From positions 1 through 37,155 of the forward strand of contig WFRL01000058.1 of NCBI GenBank assembly GCA_015486555.1: a stretch of 37,155 bases of DNA, in the 5' to 3' direction. The notes beneath the pieces were generated by a model. It ran no database searches and was not told the origin of the DNA. It was given only the letters and a program-made list of their open reading frames with translations. Within the stretch, counting starts at the first letter, position 1. Each line of letters starts with the position of its first letter. The DNA is from Candidatus Microgenomates bacterium (GTDB taxonomy: Bacteria > Patescibacteriota > Microgenomatia > JAADGY01). A program made the position numbers and the translations under genes. Of this stretch, positions 31,170 to 37,155 are shown piece after piece.

Positions 31170-32822
31170 ATGTCTTTTGGTTTGTATCGTTTTCCAAATC
31201 CAATTCTTCTTTTAAGGAGAAAACAAAGAAGTATTTTTAAAGCTAGCCTAATTATTCTGGTTTCAATACTTTTTTCCCGTTTACTAGGGGTAGTTAGAGA
31301 CCGTCTTTTTACTACTTACTTTTTCGGTGGTCGGGAGTGGCAATTAGATGTTTATTACGCTGCCTTTAGGATTCCAGACACTCTTTACCAGCTTCTTATT
31401 AGTAGTGTGATAATGGCTGGTTTTTTACCCATTTTTAGCCAGAAGTTAGTCCGTCAGTCTAAAAGTCGAGCCTTCAATTTTGCTTTGGTAACTATCTTTA
31501 GTCTTATCTTTATCTTTTCTCTTATTGTTGCTCTATCTTACCCCTTTTGGCCTCAACTCCTTAACTGGTTAGCTCCTGGTTTTAATTTTTCCCAAAGAAA
31601 ATTGCTTCTTCAACTGACTCCCTATATTGTTTTAGCAGAGTTAATTCTAGCCGCCTCAAACCTAAGCGTTCTCATTCTGCAAACACATAATAACTTCATT
31701 TCCCCCGCCCTTTCCCCTTTAATGTACAACTTGGGGATAATTTTGGGTATCGTTGTCCTCTCGCCACGTTATCAAGCTTTGGGTTTAGCCTATGGGGTGG
31801 TCTTAGGCAGTTTAGGTCATCTTTTTATCCAACTGCCAGCCTTAATTCAGGTGATCGACGGCAAACTAAATCTCAGTCTTTATTCTTGGCAAGAAATTAA
31901 GATTGATCTAATCAGGTTTTTTGACCTCTCTTTACCTAATTTCTTATCCATTTTCTTAATTCAGGTCCAAACCAACTGGCTAACTCGATTAGCCACCTTT
32001 TTAACTATGGGGAGTCTTTCCTTACTCAATCTAGCTAACAATCTTATCCAATTGCCAATAAGCATTTTTGCCTTAGCCTTGGGTCAAGCTATTTTTCCTA
32101 AGCTAGCTTTGTCTCAAGAAAGAATGGATCAGAAACGGTTTATCTATCTTTTTGAACAAGCTATTCAACAGACATTTTTTATTATCACCCCCCTATTAAT
32201 TCTTTTCATAGTTCTCCGTCTCCCTCTAGTCCGCTTGATTTTAGGATCTCGTCATTTTAGTTGGCGGAATACAGTTATTACTGCTAAAATTATTGAGATT
32301 ACCCTGCCAATTATCCTGGCCCAGAGCTTGAGTGTTACCTTTCAAAAGGTATTTTTGGCTCTTGGCCAAAGTCGTTTCATTCTCATCGCTCAATTCTTTT
32401 CTACCCTCACTTTTGTAGGATTGACTCTTTATTTATTACCCCGCCAACCAACAGTTCTGAGCTTAGCTTGGGCTCTTTCCTTAGCAGCAGTGGTTAAATT
32501 TTTCCTAGCTGGTTGGTTACTTCTAAAAGGTAATCCTCTTCTCCGTGTAGCTATTCTGAACTCTCTTCAGACCTTTGTTAAGATTACTTTAGTGGGGGTA
32601 ATCTCCCTCCTCTTGGCCTGGTTAAGCTATCGCTTAGGTAACTCGCTCTTTAACCCAGCCTACATAGTCAGTCTTTTTTGGATCATCTCTTTAGTGGGTG
32701 TAGTAACTGGGGCAAGTTATCTTAGCTTAAGCTATTGGTTAAAGATTAGCCCCCTTTTTTCTTTGGCTAGCCAGTTTTATTTTTTAAAGCTAAGATCAAA
32801 TGTTTTTCGGGTGAAACGGTGA
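31170..32822 (+). CDS. murJ: Lipid II flippase MurJ/MviN (550 aa)
   Basis: N-terminal SRLLGVVRDRLFTTYFFGG...DVYYAAFRIPDTLYQLL signature and about 14 TM helices. Confidence 0.85.
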   Translation: MSFGLYRFPNPILLLRRKQRSIFKASLIILVSILFSRLLGVVRDRLFTTYFFGGREWQLDVYYAAFRIPDTLYQLLISSVIMAGFLPIFSQKLVRQSKSRAFNFALVTIFSLIFIFSLIVALSYPFWPQLLNWLAPGFNFSQRKLLLQLTPYIVLAELILAASNLSVLILQTHNNFISPALSPLMYNLGIILGIVVLSPRYQALGLAYGVVLGSLGHLFIQLPALIQVIDGKLNLSLYSWQEIKIDLIRFFDLSLPNFLSIFLIQVQTNWLTRLATFLTMGSLSLLNLANNLIQLPISIFALALGQAIFPKLALSQERMDQKRFIYLFEQAIQQTFFIITPLLILFIVLRLPLVRLILGSRHFSWRNTVITAKIIEITLPIILAQSLSVTFQKVFLALGQSRFILIAQFFSTLTFVGLTLYLLPRQPTVLSLAWALSLAAVVKFFLAGWLLLKGNPLLRVAILNSLQTFVKITLVGVISLLLAWLSYRLGNSLFNPAYIVSLFWIISLVGVVTGASYLSLSYWLKISPLFSLASQFYFLKLRSNVFRVKR

Positions 32823-34663
32823 TCACTGGCTGAGTAATAAGAAAGGTTATCCAGTTTAGTTTTTGATTGGGGGAGGAAGATTAAGCTACCCACTTTATTT
32901 TCTATTGGATAAGTTAAAGGCAGACTGAGTTGATTAGAATTGAAATTAATTTTTAGCTGTCCTCGAGAGGTTGAGAAAGAGACCTCCTGCCATTTGTTTT
33001 CTTCTACTTGAGGTAGAATAAAGAACTTTGATCCTCGTCCATCACTCATTAAAACACCAAACTGAAGATGGAAATCTTGGTAATACCAACCCAAGTTTAG
33101 AGTGATTTTATCGACCTTTAAACTAAGAAGATTAGAAGGGGTTGTTCTCTTTTGATTAAGCTGGAGCTGGAAGCTTAACCACCTTATTTTTTCCTCAGGG
33201 GGAATAAAAAAGAATTGGTGATACTCTTTGGTTAGAAGAAGGCTATAGTCTTGAGGATTAGCTGAAACACCCCTCCCCCGAGGTAGTTTGTCAATTTGTT
33301 TAAGAATAATTATTCCAGCCTGATGCTGCCTCAGAGCTAATTTGGAATCAAAATGGTGGTTGGTTACCACTAGATATGTTTTCTCCTCTTGTAAAGGTCC
33401 GGCATAGGTTTCCATCTGCCAGAGGCCATCCGGCCAGAAGCGGAAATGGAGGTAATTGTCAGCCAACAGTTGCCCCTGATTGGATACAAGAAGGCCAACT
33501 CTTCTTTTATCGGAACTTTTTAAACCGATGATGGACAAGGAGGGATTGGAATCTATATGGAAATAGGTTCGCCAAGGCAAGAGATGGAGTTGTTGCCAAG
33601 CGTACCAGCGGGGCTTAGCAGCTAAGCCAGGCTTCTCATTAGTGAAGAGTCCCCATCTGCCCCAATACTTCTGAGATGGATTGAAGCCATCCTTTACCTC
33701 GAAGAGGAAAAGTTTGTCCTGGGGGCGAATGAAAGGGGTAAGTTTTCCAACCGTAGCCAAAGTGTGCCAGTAACCATAATTGGAGTCATATTTAGGGTTG
33801 ACTTGGCCGTCGATACCCCACTCAGTAATGAAGATTGGTAGTTGGGGTAAATCCTCCTTTTTTAACAACTCCTTAGCTAGAAGATACTCGTTGAGTATTT
33901 TTTCTGGCTGGGGGTGATAGGCATGATAAGAGAAAAAATCTAAACGAAGCTTCCTTTTTTTTACTTCCCGCAGGAAAAAAGCTAACTTTTTTTGGTCAAA
34001 GTAACTCCAAGATGGTCCACCGATAAGATAAGTAGTTGAGGTTGGTGGTAAAGATGAAAGAGTTAGTTGGTAAAGATTCAGGTAGGTTTTGATACTCATA
34101 TGACCAAAAAGATTAGGTTCATTCCAGACCTCGTAAATAAGATTGTTTAGGCCTCTCTCTTCCGAAAAGTGTCTTACTGTCTGGCTAATAATTTGAGACC
34201 ATAACTGAGGGTTTTTAAGGTGGCCTGTAGGAGCATGGTTAGTAGTTGCTTGGATGGGAAAGTAAGAGAGGACCAGGGCTGGTCGGCTGCCACTAGCTAA
34301 GATTTCATTAACCGCTTGATCGAGTTGGCGCCAGTTAAACTGGAGTTGGTTATTTTTAAAAGTAACGGTTTGATAATTATCAAAGATATGGTCTAAGCGA
34401 ATATATTGAGCGGGAGAGTTTTTAAGGTAAGGGATAGTTACTGCCAGCATTGGGGATGAGTCTTCACCGCCTTGAGCCAAGTTCTGCCAGAAAGGTTGAG
34501 TTGTTTTACTTCTGGCGGAAAAATATATAAGGAAGTGGTGTTCTTGGCTTAAGTTTGCCCGACTAAAAAAAAGACGGAGGGAATTGAAATTATACCTGAT
34601 AAGAATTAAAGAAATAAAGAGAACAAAGACTAAAGATAACTTAAGCAGATTTTTTTTGATCAT
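32777..34663 (-). CDS. Membrane-anchored clan GH-A glycoside hydrolase (GH5/GH39/PslG-like) with a C-terminal beta-rich domain (628 aa)
   Basis: N-terminal TM. Acid/base motif YEVWNEPN and nucleophile motif IFITEWG at (beta/alpha)8-appropriate spacing. ATGA overlap with the upstream gene. Confidence 0.75.
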   Translation of the reverse strand: MIKKNLLKLSLVFVLFISLILIRYNFNSLRLFFSRANLSQEHHFLIYFSARSKTTQPFWQNLAQGGEDSSPMLAVTIPYLKNSPAQYIRLDHIFDNYQTVTFKNNQLQFNWRQLDQAVNEILASGSRPALVLSYFPIQATTNHAPTGHLKNPQLWSQIISQTVRHFSEERGLNNLIYEVWNEPNLFGHMSIKTYLNLYQLTLSSLPPTSTTYLIGGPSWSYFDQKKLAFFLREVKKRKLRLDFFSYHAYHPQPEKILNEYLLAKELLKKEDLPQLPIFITEWGIDGQVNPKYDSNYGYWHTLATVGKLTPFIRPQDKLFLFEVKDGFNPSQKYWGRWGLFTNEKPGLAAKPRWYAWQQLHLLPWRTYFHIDSNPSLSIIGLKSSDKRRVGLLVSNQGQLLADNYLHFRFWPDGLWQMETYAGPLQEEKTYLVVTNHHFDSKLALRQHQAGIIILKQIDKLPRGRGVSANPQDYSLLLTKEYHQFFFIPPEEKIRWLSFQLQLNQKRTTPSNLLSLKVDKITLNLGWYYQDFHLQFGVLMSDGRGSKFFILPQVEENKWQEVSFSTSRGQLKINFNSNQLSLPLTYPIENKVGSLIFLPQSKTKLDNLSYYSASDHRFTRKTFDLSFKK

Positions 34664-36951
34664 TTGGGACCGACCGAAATCAGGATGTTGCTTTTTCGAT
34701 ATGGGAGGCGTTGTAACAACTTAGGAACTGGAGGTTGAAAAGTGATCTGGAAAGCGAATACCCCAGGCAAGTTTTGAAGATAAAAAATAGAGCTTTGAAG
34801 ATCCTTTCCGACCAGATTGGTCTGAATGGTTTTATTGTTGAAATTCCATTTTAAGGGAATGTTTAGTTCTAATTTGTATTTATTGCCTTCTTCTGGAGTA
34901 AATTTCCAACCGATGTTATTTTTATCCACTTGGAAACCGTGGGGTACTGTCTGTTGAAGAACTTTGTTTACTAAAGTTTCCACATCGGCTTGGTTGTAAG
35001 TGAGGACGTTTATTTGAACCTTACTTTCTAAGCTCACCCTTTCCGCCGGCTGGTTCAACTTACTGCTTAGTTTGTTCTGGAGGTACTTCAAAGAAAGAGA
35101 GGAATTGATTATCTTTTCCCCGGTGGCTAGTTTATTTTGGAGGAGCTGCTCCAAGTTTTGGTCAATCTGATCTTTGATCTCTTCTTTTAACTTGTCAACG
35201 TCATCTTGAGAAACAGATTTGACTTGATATTTTTTTCCTCCTTGGAAATCTTGGCTTACCTTAGCTGAGTAGCTTGTTTTATCTAAATGGTTAAAGTATA
35301 GTTGAGTGCCTTTCTTGAGATTGGCTTCCTCGCCCCAGAAGGTAGTTTCGGCAGTAACCTCAGCCTTGCCTGGGATAGTAAGAATAGAGCCGTCCTCATT
35401 TTTTTGACTACTTTTGCTAGCTACGCTTGCTTTCTCGTCTAGTTTAAGTTTTTTCTCTGGGTTATTAGCGAGATAGAGGAGGTCACCTTTAAGGAAGAGA
35501 TGGGGTTTAGAGGTATAGTTGTAGATAATTATCTTCCCCTTACCTGGGTCACCGGTTTCACTGGTGCCAGTTGTTGGTGTTTCTGCCCTTTTAGTTAGAC
35601 TAAGTTGGATGGTTTTAGCCGGGAGGATGAAGTTTTGATAGTCAGCTTTTTTTACTTGATCTGAGAAGGTTACTTCGATGTTTTTGTGAAGTGACTCTGA
35701 TCGGGGAGTAATGATAATTTTTGCCTTGAAAAAGAAAAAGTAACTTAGACCAATAGCTAGAGGAATTATAAGGAAAGGTATAGAGAGGATAAATAATCTT
35801 AGCAGCCAACTTTTACTGAGGGAAAGAAAGGAAGAAGGGAGTCTTAGTAACTCAAGTTTTAATTTCCCCAAAAATGAAGAAATGACCTGGAAGGGAGAGA
35901 TTAAACTAGCCAGCTTAATTGGGAATAAGAAAGGAAAAGATCTCTTTTTTTTTGGCTGGGTTGTTATCGGGACCTCATCAGGATTAAGAATTACTCCCAT
36001 TGTTTCTAGTTCAGAGACTTCATCAGCCGGCGACTGTTTTTTTTCCTCGGCGAGAAAAGGAGTCTCTTCCTTTTTCCTTTGAGGTAGTTTTTCCTTCCTT
36101 TTAGCTTCTTCTTGATGAGAAAGGGGAGTTTCTTCTCTACCTGGCTTGGGGACAATTTCTTGAGGTAGGGGAGGCTTGGGAGGGGTTTTACTTTCAGTTG
36201 TTGAGACGGTAGCCTTAAGGGTAGACCCCTCAACCTGAGTTAGCCACCTAACCTCCTTTTGGTCTTTGAAAACAACTAAAAGTATCTTTTCCATCAATTC
36301 CTGGAAACTGAGAAGTTCTAGTTGAGGATTTTGGGGAAAACCAAACTCTGTTTCCCAAGCGGCATTTTCAAGGATTTGCCGTATTTTCTGAGGGTCTTGG
36401 ACAGCAACAAGAACACGAAGAGGTTGGACTTTATTTTTTAATCGGCTGATGGCCTCAGCCATGTCTGCTAAAAGGTCATCACTTCGGCCGATCGATAAAT
36501 GTTCACTTACCCGGCCTAACTCGATTCGTGTCAGGTGGATCTGCTTATTAAGGAGAGTAAAAAAAAGAAAAGATGGGGGGGAAAGTGTCTTTTGCCGCCA
36601 AGCGTGGCTAAGAGCTTCTTCTAAAACAACGAAACCATTAACCTCCAAGTCGAGTTCTTTTTTAGCTAGTTTAAGGATCTCCTTCCTGTTAGGGGTCAGT
36701 TCGTTGGCTACCAACCAATCTTGAGAAAGAACGAAAACAGTTTCTTTTACTTCTAAGGATGTTGTTTGATAGAACTGACTAAGAATATCATCTAGAGTGG
36801 TTAGAAAGCCGTCTTTGCTGGTCTCAAAGTCTAAAAAGGGAGTGAGATTATGAACTTCAATCGTTTGATTAGCCAGTCTTATTAGTAAACCGCTAATCTG
36901 GGCTTCAAAAGCGAAGAAAATGTTAATCCATTTGTCTTTTTGGTTAGTCAT
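34660..36951 (-). CDS. Hypothetical bitopic envelope protein (763 aa): cytoplasmic N-domain, Pro/Lys/Glu-rich linker, one TM, large exodomain
   Basis: AAGAGGAAGGAAG SD. TM WLLRLFILSIPFLIIPLAIGLSYFFFF at about aa 380-405. The N-domain segment ILKLAKKELDLEVNGFVVLEEAL is reminiscent of actin/FtsA/PilM-like folds (weak). Confidence 0.65.
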   Translation of the reverse strand: MTNQKDKWINIFFAFEAQISGLLIRLANQTIEVHNLTPFLDFETSKDGFLTTLDDILSQFYQTTSLEVKETVFVLSQDWLVANELTPNRKEILKLAKKELDLEVNGFVVLEEALSHAWRQKTLSPPSFLFFTLLNKQIHLTRIELGRVSEHLSIGRSDDLLADMAEAISRLKNKVQPLRVLVAVQDPQKIRQILENAAWETEFGFPQNPQLELLSFQELMEKILLVVFKDQKEVRWLTQVEGSTLKATVSTTESKTPPKPPLPQEIVPKPGREETPLSHQEEAKRKEKLPQRKKEETPFLAEEKKQSPADEVSELETMGVILNPDEVPITTQPKKKRSFPFLFPIKLASLISPFQVISSFLGKLKLELLRLPSSFLSLSKSWLLRLFILSIPFLIIPLAIGLSYFFFFKAKIIITPRSESLHKNIEVTFSDQVKKADYQNFILPAKTIQLSLTKRAETPTTGTSETGDPGKGKIIIYNYTSKPHLFLKGDLLYLANNPEKKLKLDEKASVASKSSQKNEDGSILTIPGKAEVTAETTFWGEEANLKKGTQLYFNHLDKTSYSAKVSQDFQGGKKYQVKSVSQDDVDKLKEEIKDQIDQNLEQLLQNKLATGEKIINSSLSLKYLQNKLSSKLNQPAERVSLESKVQINVLTYNQADVETLVNKVLQQTVPHGFQVDKNNIGWKFTPEEGNKYKLELNIPLKWNFNNKTIQTNLVGKDLQSSIFYLQNLPGVFAFQITFQPPVPKLLQRLPYRKSNILISVGPK

Positions 36952-37037
36952 TTTTCTTCCTTCCTCTTTAAGTCTAGCAGAAATTTTTTACCACGGCTAG
37001 ATGGAGTCTTACCCAATCAAAAATCGGATTGAAAAGG

Positions 37038-37155
37038 AACCTTCCTCTCTCCACGTCATCCTGAACGAGCCGTCAGGCGAAGTGAAGGATCTAGCCGAAG
37101 GCGCATGAGAGTTAACTTAAGTTTGGGTGCCAATACCTTTGCGCTCGCTCCGCTC
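37038..37155. repeat. Cluster R7 of the element family (arm 37055-37105, core, start of inverted arm at 37140; cut by the window end)
   Basis: GTCATCCTGAACGAGCCGTCAGGCGAAGTGAAGGATCTAGCCGAAGGCGCA, then ...GGGTGCCAAT...TTGCGCTCGCTCCGCTC. Confidence 0.8.

Noticed and set aside
1-37155. Alternative genetic code (UGA = Gly, code 25, as in some CPR lineages)
   Set aside because: TGA terminates ORFs exactly at coupled junctions (ATGA at 5265-5268, TGATG at 27141-27145, ATGA at 34660-34663). Conserved proteins end at expected lengths, so code 11 fits.
1-37155. Transposase, integrase, phage or DGR (reverse transcriptase plus TR/VR) content
   Set aside because: No ORF shows DDE, Y1, tyrosine/serine recombinase or RT motifs. 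I also saw no long near-identical coding-repeat pair, so the repeat family has no visible autonomous partner in this window.

Overview
The window looks like a streamlined, AT-rich genome of an uncultivated Patescibacteria/CPR-like bacterium. This is an inference from gene content: a short ValRS, an archaeal-type adenosine-specific kinase, PrgI/T4SS-pilin-like genes and giant orphan membrane proteins. Standard code 11 fits, because TGA acts as a stop at ATGA/TGATG gene junctions.

Housekeeping genes: groES-groEL, gmk, valS, a UvrD-type helicase fused to an AddB-type Fe-S nuclease, murJ, a TerC-family protein, NfeD-SPFH, HAD and HD hydrolases, and tRNA-Gly(CCC).

Accessory content worth a second look:
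1. A fragmentary type-IV-secretion/pilus-like module at about 6.4-18.4 kb. It has a PrgI-like protein, two tandem VirB2-type pilin-like proteins, a 1,244-aa membrane protein ending in a CHAP peptidase and a 1,249-aa orphan. No ATPase is visible in the window.
2. A family of composite palindromic intergenic elements in at least 7 clusters. Their arms show compensatory base changes, and they are accompanied by 7-nt tandem arrays and a 22-nt perfect palindrome.
3. A recurring TAnAAT box 5-9 nt upstream of start codons that lack a Shine-Dalgarno sequence, suggesting leaderless first genes.
4. An encapsulated-ferritin-like gene with no encapsulin shell gene nearby.
5. An AbiEi/AbiEii-like wHTH + nucleotidyltransferase pair.
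6. Several orphan proteins.

All homology calls come from motif recognition by eye. No searches were run.
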